Assembly: GCA_030141605.1 (NCBI GenBank)
Contig: JAQGDQ010000167.1
Location: 149,877-213,876, forward strand
From: Tubiluchus corallicola
Lineage: Eukaryota > Animalia > Priapulida
Direction of reading: 5' to 3'
DNA: 64,000 bases
Made by a program: the position numbers and the translations under genes. Under the pieces are notes generated by a model. That model was not told where the DNA came from. It searched no databases and saw only the letters and a list, made by a program, of their open reading frames with translations. This document shows, one piece after another, positions 1 to 13,000 of the stretch (within the stretch, counting starts at the first letter, position 1; each line of letters begins with the position of its first letter).

Positions 1-342
1 TTCCACTGATTTTAAATATTCCACAGTTCAGCTTGAAAGATTTGCAAAACTTCAATAAATTTTTTTGAAACATTTTCCATGCCTCTCTACTGACATTTTT
101 TAAGCTCGCGAGGCAAGACAGAAATAATTTTTTTCTGGCTGGCCTAATTTCACACACATATGAAGTCTATTCTCAACAGCTTGCAACCTATAATTGTTGA
201 GATATGGTGCTGCAACAGATAGTCCGCTGGCATCTATATTCTATAAAAAAACGGACTTCCACTTTTACATTCGTTTAGCTGAAAACTACTGATCTTTTTA
301 AGGAATTAGTAATTGTTTAATTACTAAGTGAAAAACTCAAAC

Positions 343-1077
343 CTTTTTCTTAGGTTTCTCAACAGGTGGAGGTGTTGGCTCTCTCGGACAAACCAGTACT
401 TCACTCGAATGCGGCAACAATTTAGATTCACTATCTGCATCAGCTTTATTTTCAACGCTTTCCGAAACGTCGACATTGCTGCCAATGTTTTCCGTCAGAC
501 CGGAAAATTTGACATTTGAACTATTTCTACAAAATAAATTATCAAAGTCTATTCGATTTTGCACAGCGGCCCACTGATCAGAGAACTCAGACTGCTGTCT
601 ACGTTCCCATTCTGTTAGATCAGGCATAGACGTACAAGGATCAGTGTCAACCGCTTCATCACCTGAAGTACTACTTATTTCACCTTCACTACGCGACTCC
701 ACGTTTCTAGTTACTTCACTTTTCACATCTTCAATCTTTACGCTAACTAAATTTTTATCAAGCACTGGTTCATCGTTAACTTCAGATTCCACATCTACCG
801 TACTTTGAGAAAACATTAGGTTTTCTGAAACTGAATCTCTTTTCAAACCCAAGAATTCAGCTGAATTTATCTTCTCTTCTTGTCCAACAGATGTCACTTC
901 AACTTTCACACGTGATTCTATCGTGTTCACTTGCTCAGATGGTAGTTTCTCTGATGCTGCGAACGCGCTCGTGTTCGTATCCGTCGACACAGTCTCACCA
1001 AAGTTTTCAGATCGAGTCCAAGATGTAGCAGTTAAATTGCGCTTATGTAAAGGCAGTCGGTTGATTTCACTTCCAGG
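343..1077 (-). CDS. KMT2E: KMT2E-like exon 20 (low complexity, ends PKKK)
   Basis: ttag acceptor, aag|gtttga donor, 735 nt, phase 0-0. Confidence 0.85.
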
Positions 1078-4000
1078 CTAAGAAACAGTAATAGTAACTT
1101 TTAAATAGTTAAACACAACTTAAACACTTCTAAACTGTAAACAATACACTTCTAAAATGAATTCCCCCAGTTCCCTCTACTCAAGAATGTGTTTCACCAG
1201 AACGCGAAAGTACCAATCTCCAAACAAAATAAGACCAACCCTTTAAGAAAACAAGATGCACATTTAAACAAGACACAAGACCCATCCTTACACAAAATAA
1301 ACAACATAAAATTTTTGGAAAAGTTGCAGTTGACTATGAACTTAAATTAATAAACTTTGCCCTGACAGAGGGAACTGCAAAAATCTATTTGAAGTACATT
1401 AACTTCAATCAATCAATTAAATGAAACTTTCCTAGATCTCATCATTTGATAAAGCATCTTTCCAGCAAAATACGTTGCAAATAGAATTAAATCCCGTACA
1501 TGAAAAGTCACCACTGGCTTATCAATCTCCAATTAGCCTTTTCACAGTTTCGTTGTGCGCACGTGCAGTTGGTGAAAGTCAGGGGTTAAGTGTACCACAG
1601 CAACGTATCTTAACTACAACCATCACGTGGCATGTGTGTAAAGCAAAGCCCTCTGTTGTATCAGTTCAGTAACTTCAGTTGTCTTATGCTGGACTTTACA
1701 TAATTATGCATTAGTCTGTGTGTAGAGTGATTTACTAGCAGGATCTTACTTTGGAACAAAAAAAAATGAACTATGCAAGGGTCTAGCCAGCTGTTAAAAC
1801 TGATACTATTACAATAGCATTAGCTGCGAGGCACTGACAAGTGTACACAAATGTGTCATCTAGTACACTTAACCTTTGACCTTTTCACGATCATCATCAA
1901 TCGTTGGAACTGTAAAAAGGCTTATTACAAACCCAAACAATAAATCACAAATCTACACAAACCTTCGTAAATAAAGAGCCACCGGGAACCGGTAACCGAT
2001 CAAGGTGTTCACTGGAACCAAGAGGAGTAATTGAACTATGGAAACTACGAGACAGCAGTACTGCACTGTCGTCCTGCACCGAATCTGTACTGGTGTATCC
2101 ATCAGGGAGATTTCCAGGAGATGGAGTAGACTCCGGAGAACCAGTAATTCCTCCTGCATCGAGCGACTCTCTGGCCAGCCGTCTCTTTTTCAAAGGCGTC
2201 ACTAGGTCTGCTAATAAAATAGAAAAAATTATACAACAATAACCAAACAAAACAAAAGCACACACTGTACAGAATTATAATACTTACATACTCTTGATGT
2301 TGAAACACAATTCAACAAAAAATGATGTTCGCATTCGTCTTTACATGAGTTTTAAATTTACCTGCAGAGGGAGAAGTACATGGGCTATGCTGTCCTGCAG
2401 GACTCATGCACTCGCTGCTCGTACATCCGGCTCCATCTTCCGGATTATTATCCTCAAACATTGCCTGACGTAACCATCTCTGATAAAACCGTAAGTCATT
2501 ATAAGTCACATAAACTGAATGAAGAGGTGGTGGGTAGATTCCCCACTAAAACTGCTGTTTTTAAATTTCTAATAAACTATTTATTAACGTGTTTATGTAA
2601 AGCACTATAGGAGAAACAAGCACCTCTTTATGTAAAGCGCTACAGGTGAAACTGCACAAATATGCATGCAGGTCCAGGAAAACGGAATTGACATAACTAA
2701 TCTGCTAGTGACAGAGGGTCTTGCTTATGTTGTTTTTGAAGCACATGAAGTTGCAGTTATCAAGGAAAGAATTTTTCAACAAAAAATCAATATACCAAAG
2801 AAACATCTTATAAGTAGTTAACAGCTAGAAAATGTAGGTTTCTTGTACAAATTCAAATGTTATGCATGCACAAGGGAAAGAGAAAGAGAGATGCTAGCTT
2901 CATTCAAATAAATGGAGAGGGACAAATAATGAACATTATACTGTAATGCAAATTCTATGGGAAAAATGGGCACAACAACTGCATTTGAATATTAAACAAA
3001 AACAGCCTTGAGCGACACAATTTCTCAATATTGCAGCCTCTCTCTTGCCCACGCACACGTATTTCGTTTAGTGCTATTATTACATTAATTTAAACTACTA
3101 TAGCACAGAAAATACCTTTTTCGCAGAGCCTACTTCTGGTTGAATTTCCGCCTTACGACTTGACGTTGACGATCGCCGAAAGTGACAGCTGTTGTGAGGA
3201 CTACGAGGGGCGGTGCGAACGTAACATGTTGGGCTAGCGGTAACGAACTCCGGATGATCGGTCTTTATGCACAACGGAGTGGTGGCTTCATTAGCTCGCT
3301 CTGTCAACCACTCGCTCATCAAATGCTTCAAATTGAAAATTAATTAAATTTAATGTATTTTAAATTTAATTCTAAATTTAAAACATTTAAACACCAAAAT
3401 TTCATACGAACTTTTCCCAAGTTGAATTAATAAATGAATTTCAAGCAACAGAAAATTTGCACAAGCAGGCTCTGTAGTGTAACTAAAACCTCCTCCAAAC
3501 AAGCTTGGAATTACCCAAAAATGTACAGATTTTAGCCAGTTTAGCAACCACTTGACCTATGTTAATTTGTTAAACTATTCCAGAAGAATATCAGTACTTA
3601 AGTGTTGTAAATAATAAACACAAGAAGCACATTTTAAAACAACTGCTAACTAAAATGCCGCATAAGACAAATAATAAGAAAACTGCATTTCTTTCAAACA
3701 TTGAAAACCTGGATTAGTGTTATTATCACCAAAAAACAGCAATGATGTACCTTCTTCGTTTTTGGAAACCGAAACACTTGATCAGAAGCAGCAGGTGTTG
3801 AATGACCACTAGAGTTAGCCATAGTGACAGATGGGTGGACCACAGAGTTGGACTCGTCTGCTGATAAGTTTACCGACTCCGTACTTGCAGCCGACGACAG
3901 AATACTTCGCCGTCTAGCAGGACTAGACGCATTCCTACGACGACTAAAACATACAAATGTTACATATATACCGTTAGTAATTACATACATACATTACTAA

Positions 4001-7000
4001 TTAAAGCAAAATGAAAAACAATGGAAGAACAAAAGAAGAGAAGAAAAATGTTCGAACAACACTGTGAGGGAGAAGAGAGAATGAGGAAGAAAGAGAGAGG
4101 GAGAGAAAGTGTGGAAAACAAGAGGAGACTGGTACAAAAACTGCAAAAATATATAGGGTGTATGTCAGGAAGTGAGAGAGCGAGCGAAAGAAAGAGAGAG
4201 GGAGGGAGAGGGAGAGTGGGAGAGGGAGGGGGGAGGAAGAGGGGGAGGGAGTTTGAGGGAGAGAGAGAGAGATTGTAACATTACCCTCTTGCAACTTTGG
4301 ATCTTGCAGGTGGCGCACTAGAGGGAGTAGCTTCATTTGTACCAACTTTCCCATCTTCATCGGAACCAGATTTAGTATCACCGGAGCCATCCTCATCCTT
4401 TTTGGGTTCCTTAGTGATCTTTTCCTGTGCTTCTTTACGGCGTTGCTCCTGCTTTTCCATCTTTGCGAATGCACGCATGATGGCCTCCATCTTCTTTTCT
4501 TCGCGAGACTTAAAGAAAAGATCACATTTTATATTATTATTTTACTACAAACAAAGCGAATTTAAATCGCATCGAATTAGTGACTTTCGAACTCGCATCA
4601 AACCGAATTTCAGCATTTTTGAATCGTCAATAAAAAGCGGTCTCACAAAGATCATTCATATTACTTGATTTTCTTCTGCAATAATTTGTTTAAAAATTGC
4701 ATACAGAAATCGCAGTTAAACTGTGCTGATTCAATGGATGTCAAACGATCCAGAGCGAATGATGATTAGGTTATAGTTAGTTAAAGTGCTGAATTACTCG
4801 AATCTATAATTTCATCTTCGAATCGAATTCGAATTAAAAAAAACTCATTCGAACATACATGAGCACAACAAGTTTTCTCTATTTTTAATAATTGCACCAA
4901 CAAAGTGGGCACATAAAAAATATTGATTGTCTCCGTCGCTATTCTTGAAACATTTTGGGCTAGTTGGTAAAGAACCATGCATACGAATTTTCCATACAAA
5001 TTAGCAAAAGCATCTCAAACAAGGCCTCTGCCCAAAGTAAAAGCCCAAAGGCCTTTACTCAAAGTAAGAGTTCTAGCAAAAGTGAAGATACGAAACTGTA
5101 TAGATCTAGCAAAATGAGTTTCAAACATGGATTTCCACCAGTTCACTACAACCGAGCGACACAAAATGACCCAGTGCTATCACAAAGAAATATCCAGATT
5201 TAAGACAAAAATGAAATTTCACACAACAATAACAAGGGCAAACAATCTTAAACATGACCACCAGACGCTTCAGATCTGCATTAAACTTTACAGGAATCTT
5301 CCTTGTCCCATTCCCTACCCTTTCGCAAAGTTTTGTAGAAATATACAAAGCAGTTTTTGCATAATCCTCCACGGCAATGAAAACATAACATTCTCAGCAG
5401 CGGTAATAAGAATTACAATGCTCATAGTCAGTTTTTCACTCTCAAAAAGTAAAAAAACCTACTTTTTTACGACCGTCGGGATGAGTGTCGGACACGCCAG
5501 GACTAGCTACATCTGGTGCAAGTGAATCGATACCATCACCAAAACTCACATCGACTGACAAACTCTTTTCCTCCTTCACTTTCTTTTTTGGCTCGGCTTT
5601 TACAACAGGTTTTTCATCAGACTTTTCCTTTATCACATTTGGATTCTACATGTTAGATAATTTGTAATACTTCAATTAATTCAATTACAATCATAGATAG
5701 GCATTTCGTTAAATCACATTTGGCACAGTTCGATAATTTGCAATGCTTTGATTAATTCAATTAAATTCATCACATTTATTTAAGCAAGTTTTAATCATTT
5801 TCAGATCAGCAACCGCCAATGAGTATCAAAGCAATACGAAGGCACCAAAGCATTCGGGTATCTAAAAATCACTTAAACGTGCATAAACCAGTCCTTAACC
5901 TACAAGTTTAATTTAAAAAACTATTTTAGCCATTAAGTAACCCTATGTACCTGTAAATTATTTAAAAAAAACTCAAAAATTAAGAATAGATATAAAGGCC
6001 TTGCCTCGGTCTTCACAGGAACACTCATTCTACCAGGAGAAGACTTTCGTCTAGCTTTCACCTTCTTAGCATCCCTTCGGCTGTCAATCTTCACCTCCCG
6101 TTTTAGCTCCACGTGCGGCTGCAAGCGGCTGTTATCCGACGCGTGCCTACCACTCTTGCCACTTTTTCTTCGCTTTCTTTTGTCCAAGATGGACGATTTC
6201 ACTGTGGCATTGTTGTTTAGTTTCACCTTGAGAGGGCGCTGCACAGAAACGGGTGGAGTCGGAAGTGGAGGCGGTTTGAAACGTCGATTAAATTTAGCAA
6301 CCGGGCAGCCGTTGACTCGATTGCAAGCACAGTATACTTCATATTCACTGCAAAAAATCAATCAAACAATTGAAAAACAATCCTTTTGGCTCAAAAATGA
6401 AATTAAACTGAGCTTGATTAGTTCACAATGACTTCACAAACTGGGAAAACATCAGTGCGTAATGCTTAAACAGTTTACAGTTCAATACAGACTGGGTGTT
6501 TGATGTACGAAATTCACAGCAGGGCGACAAATCACTCTTCTGCAACTTCTGAAAAGCAGCAGGATGGTAAATATAAATGTAAGGTTATCTAGATTATAAT
6601 ATTGTTTTTAAGACATGTTAGGCCATGTGGCAAACTATGCTGTTTAACAGTTTATTTAAAAACATAAACGTTAAATTAACAGTTTAAGAACAAGCAGCTC
6701 AGCTGTGAGCCTTTATATGGCTTAATGTCTTGATGAAACTTTGGTTTTCATCATTCATTGCTTTCAGTTTCATCTGCATTTATTGTACTGTGTTCAATTA
6801 CAACTGCTTGCTTTCCAAAATTTCCAAGAGACGGCACCAGGAAAGAACAATGGCGGCACCCATCACAGTTTAACCAATTTTTCATTATCGCAGATGTACT
6901 GATTGCTTATCACATAAAAATATTAATATTCATTTAAACTAAATCAGAATTTATTATGTAATGTTGTTAATTATTCAAAATGCAATATCTTCTGTGCGCG

Positions 7001-10000
7001 ATATTTCCCCTTCTGAGTGTTAATTTAGGAGCACGTAAGATGCACAGCCATGACTGCACGCCTTAAATTTCAAGGCCTGTAAAGTGTAAAAGATTAAATG
7101 ATCTAATTTATTGGTGTATTACTATACACTCGTAAGCTATAGCATCCTTTGGAGAGTTCCTAGATCAATTAGGCAGACTGCTACCAAGTGCCAAAAAAGT
7201 TAACATTAATGCAGCAATAATTATACTGCACATACCAATCTCGGTAGTTGTAGTCAAAAGGAATGGTAATTTCACTCTCTTTGCTGATGGTTCGTGTTGA
7301 GTAGATGCAGATATGCAGTTGACTGGACTCCAAGATGTGTTGTATCTGTAAAACAATGCTAGACAGAGAACCAAAATCATACACAAGCGAAATCACAAGG
7401 TGTAATGAGGAGTCACTTAAAGAAAGACAGGATGATTTTTCATATACTACCTCATTTTCAAGTCCAATAAAACGTATACATTTTAACACGATTAATACTG
7501 CAGAAGTGTTTTTGATAATTAAATAATAGATTAAAAATTTAATTAACGACAGCGAGCGAAACTATAGATAACATCACAAACTAACATAATTTTCAACAGC
7601 AAATATGTTCCATGAGTGTGTTGCACGCGTTTACGAAAACGAAAATTGAAGTACGGATAAGACATTCAGTGTGTCGTACTAGGCAACTTTTAAGATAAAA
7701 ATTCAAATTCACCGCTGTGCTCACGCATGACCTGTCGAACGTGTGTAGTTCATCAGAAACTAGCACATCTGAACTGAGAGGTACAGTACCTGTTTTTTGT
7801 GCAAAGCGTTTCTGAAATGCAGACGCTGGTGCCCGTCTAACTATCGAATGGCGAAATGCATGTAACAGCGAAGAACTAGTGGTGCGAACACAAAATTGTG
7901 TTTGTGTGCTAATAATTCTTTCGCGTAAGTCATTTTTGAATAAATTGTATGTTTTCTTTGAATATTTTAAGAAGCAGATCGTTTTGACCTACAGTTTAAG
8001 ATTGAGTCCAGTTTTGCTTTAACATTTGTATTTTGCAGAACGCATTATCGTCCGTAAGCAAAAACTTACTGTAACACAATTTTTTTAACATAATTTTTGT
8101 CTACGATTTACATACCAAATAGCAGATTTAGAAAAAAAACATAAATAGACCTATCTTACCTCTGAATTTGGCATACAGGACCGCTGAACGTATCTAGCAT
8201 CGTTGCCATAGTTTCCAGCATCAATTGCCAAAACCACATTGTTGAACTTAGAATAGAAAAGCATATGTGGCTGCATGCTGTAAACAATACAAAACTCAAC
8301 TGAAACAAACCTTTCTAAGAAACATGCTCCAAGAATTACTGGTAAAAAGTATTTTAAATGATCTATGAACAATTTGCAAAACGATTAAAAGCTTTTTTCC
8401 AGCCCAAATATTTTTGTAAAGCATGTACACCTTAAAAAACCTGATTTTAATTCAAAATGGATCATAGACCTTGCTTAGCATACTGATACTTTTCACCTTC
8501 ATGCAGTCTTTATGAAAATTTGTCAATTTTGCCTGCCTAGTAAAATCATTTTTTTCCAATAAATGCTCTAGCTTTATTTACCAAATGGTGATATTGTTTT
8601 TGGGATCTTCTTTCTCCCACTCTGACTGCAGCAGTATTCGGCCATAAAATTCAGAAACAAGCTGATGAGAACGAATCGACTCGGTAGCAAACAGGCCCTT
8701 CTGATCCTTGCTGACGTCTCCTACCCGACAAACCGGAGCCTGCAGCTGCATGGATAGTTGAATCACCTTCAGGTCATCATCAATGTCCGTCTAGACAAAA
8801 ATTAAAATTATAAACATTATTGACATGGCCGGAAGTCGTTAGCTGCTGTTTAATTATCACCGAGGCTGATTTCCTTTTCAAGTTTAATGATACTCAAGAA
8901 TCCTGCCTGTCAAATCTTTACAAGAGATGCGCAATGCATACATGATGATGACAACTTTTAATCATGAGGTTAATAAACAATACAAAACAATGCACATTGC
9001 ACAATAGTAAAAACACTGTTATTTGAAGATGTGCAAAATTTAATCAGTAAAGGAAAAGCACTAAATCTAGCAATCAAAGACAAAGCAAAGATGCTCAACA
9101 GAAGTGTGTAGCATGACTGGGACGCTGCTCATAATCAAGGATATCCCTCAAAGACTTGCCACCACAATCAGCAGAGGTATCAGAACCCTACCTCTATAAG
9201 GTAAATGATGGAGGTTTACGGAGGAGTATCGGACCCAGGAGGGTCATAAGCTACTGATGTAAAGTTTGTGCACCTCTCTATTCAGCCAAGTCATGAATCA
9301 CAGCCACGAAAAATGTGTACCGTTTAGTTCCTTGTTACTTACATGTTGTCCATTTTTTCGCATGTTGTTTAGCATTTCCTTCACCTCTGGACTGTACTGA
9401 TTAATGCAGGTAATTTCTACTGGCTGAGGTGTCGCCCTAAAACAGCAATATAAATTTTCAACTCCAGAAAAGAGAAATTACAGTATGATGTTACAACAAG
9501 GACCTCCTTAAAGACTATTTAAAAATAAAATGTACTTTTACAATGCCTATAACACTATGCCTGGATCTCTTTAACTTTGCTAAGATAAAATAATTTCATT
9601 CACACAGGACAAAATATATCAAATTCACCACAGGATCAATCGAGACATTGTGTACTCACAATCAGACAATTTCTTGATGATGTGCTACAGTATGCAACAC
9701 AATCAGGACTTGAAAATCTGTTTGAATCAGGGTTGACCCTTTTGCCAATCAACTTTTAAAGTTTATATGTGATCACAAACAGGTCATCGTGATCTCGAAA
9801 AGTCTTACAATAACAAGATTATCAAACAGTGCCCTACATTATTTAAATGCTTTCCGTTAGTGTTTACATTTCGAAAACAGCCTAACGGATGACTAACCAA
9901 CTAACCAACAATATATTACATCATCTTATATTACAGTAGTCCAACTGAAGATAAATGGTTGTCCTGGGCAACCAATTTTTCAAGCCCTGACAACAGAAGG

Positions 10001-13000
10001 AACATTAAACACAATGTACCCGATTTTGCAAATCCTTGTAACAGAAAAGCATTAAATAAAATAGATATAGCGAGAATGTACAAAAAACTGAGTAATAGGT
10101 TTGACTTACATTTTGACACGAAGATTATAAATATGGAGATCATGATTACCAGGGCCTATTCTCATTTGATGATTTTAAATATTCTGTGCTAATTTCAGTA
10201 GGTAGAAATTTACTTAAAACCATTTTGTGCTATTTCAGCCGTCTTTGGACCAGTGTACTGAATCAATATTCAAATGAAATAGAACCCGACAAAACTAGGT
10301 ACAGAAGTATTAGACACCAAATTTGAATTAAAAAAGTAGAAAGCAATTATGTCGTCAGGAAGTGAACCAACAATTTAGCTCTTTAAGACATTATTACTCA
10401 GGTCTATGACTCTAAGTGACTCTTAAACACATTATGACTCTGCGTGATATTTGCAGTAGTCATTATTCCGAAACTTCTGAGTGCCAACATATTCTTCAAG
10501 CCTACAAATAAGCTTTCTTATTGTTGTTTACAAACGAAACCATAATTAGAATTCTATTTCAACTTAAAAATTTGAACACTATTATCTACTTACTCTCTTT
10601 TCTCCTGCCATGAATCATTAGCATTCTCATCCTGCGGGATAGAATTCCTCAGCCTCTTCACACGACGAGGCAATTGATGATGTTTATCCAACCATTTCTG
10701 CGCAAAAGAGGTATCAGTGCTAGTTGACAAAAGACATTTTTATGAATTTACACAGCAGACAAAATCGTCTATTTGTCAACTAAACTTTTCAAAACTGTGT
10801 TAAATGAAGCGTGACGTCTCATTTAAACCTGCATATAAGCTGCTGAAAAACTCAAGTGATTTAAATTTCTTGACGTTTTGTAGTATAGACAGAATCAACA
10901 ACCAATTTTGTACACAAACACTTTACTACAAAACACAAATTTTCAAGAACATGCATATGCTGCCAAGTAATTAACAAAACTTGGTCATTAATAATAATTA
11001 ATAATAGTCATTAATGATGATTAAATGAACCACCTTTTTCCGCCGGAAGTTCTTGGCCACTCGTTGCTCCTTTCCTATAACTTTCTCGTTGTTCTCACCA
11101 AATTTTCTTTTCTTTATTTTCTGTTTCTTTCTCACCAATTTCTTCTTAGGCACCTCTTTATTTTCTCGGCTGTCATGTCGGTTGATCGTCGACGGGACCC
11201 GCGCCTGCAGCGGCCTGGCATTGTTTTCATCGCTGATGTACAATTTTGATTCATCGCCACTGTCAGTTTCACTATCACCTGAAAATGCAATTGCTTCAAG
11301 AAGTACGATTATTGTCTAACCTTGGAACTAAAATAGTTATTCATCTAAACATAAGCTCAGTGCCTGAAACGAATCACTTACTCAAACACAAACTCGATAA
11401 TCGTCAAACAAATCGAATGTTTTTGCATAGAAAAAAACTGATGCAGCATAAACTGACACAAAAACTATCAGGCATAAAAATAGAAGCTAGGCAAACACAC
11501 GGCAGTCAGTATCGAGGAAATGAGGAAACGAAGCCAGATACATTTGCTAAAACTGAAAACATGGCAACTTGTAAAACCATCATTAAAGGAAAAGTCAAGC
11601 CTTCTAGGAGGTTGCGCTTATTTCACTGTTCGCAAAAAAAGTGCAGAAGGATTTAGTAAGGAAACTGCAGTGAGTGCCTCATGTACCAGTAAAATTATTT
11701 TTAAATCTTTATTTACATTTATTTTTTCTTCCAGTGATGTCATTCGTTTTGAAGCAAAGTAGCACACTGTCAATCTTCATCAAAAGTATAAGGTTTTACA
11801 AAAAAACAGATAGCTAATTTTGTAAAATTTTGCGTGAGCAGCAGGTAACATGCAGAAGTTTGAGTTAGTTTAAGCAGCACGCGCTTACGGAAACCACTAT
11901 GCATTCACGAAAAGTCACAGTTACGTCATAATTTCCAAGCAAATGGCAGCAACCACCTCACTTGGAAATTTATATTCATAGTATATTTTAAATTTATGCT
12001 CTACAAGCAGTTCTTTGCAAATTTCTTTGTATTATTTTTCTAAGTTTAAGTGATAACATTAAAATAAACCCTACATACTGAGTGACTGAGTTTTTTCCTT
12101 TAATTTTAAAATGTCCTTTATTGTTTTTGTGGGGAATAGTACTTACTATTCATAATTCAAACAAACAGCACAAACTATTTTAAACATTTTTAAAGCAGAC
12201 TAATCATGAGTAAACACACTTTTTAACTGTGCATTGTGCAAATAAACACATAAACACAAAGCGTCAGCGTTGTGACAAGGCCAAAAATATAAGATAGAAT
12301 GCTTTGCAGCAAAAAATACATTCATGAAGTCAAGATTAAGCCAAATCGATCAGGTTACTTACTATTTACATCATAAATAAGCTCGTCTTTTTTCTTCGTC
12401 TGCAGATAGATGGCGCGCTGACGATCAACCTTCCGCGGCAAACACTTCTCGCACATGTACGACTCGGGTAGGTTATACCGATCAATGCCCATGCAGTCAG
12501 CGTGTTGCCAAACCCTGGAGAAAGAGTTAATTCTTAGCTCAAGTACAATGACTTAATAAAGGGAAAGAAGAATAACTCTGCCAATAAAGCAATTTAAATG
12601 GCTTCAAAACAAACTGGTTACGAAATTACAAATTTACGGAAAATGAAACGTTTAAATGTCAGCACTAACGAACACATGCATCCCTGTATATGAATTAAAG
12701 AACAATAACGCATTAAAATCAACCTGTCACACATACAAGTATCAATACTAAAAATTTTAAAACTATTTATACCAACAGAAACACACCCGCAAGAAGCCTT
12801 CGGACAAAAGATTCTCAAAACGAGTTTAAATGTAAGAAGTAAATGCAACCGTTTCTAAATGAAAGTCAAATACAGCAATGTTTAACTTACAAACATTTAT
12901 CACAGCATATCATGTATTCGTCATCGTGTTGCATGTTACTGTAAATAGAGAGAAACACATTAGAACCAAAAAACAAATTGCTATGATGTCATTCATTGAT

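Noticed and set aside
9931-10143. Extra KMT2E exon within the ORF at 9931-10143
   Set aside because: Not needed for phase continuity (10594 joins 9436), no good donor, and hydrophobic intron-like translation.
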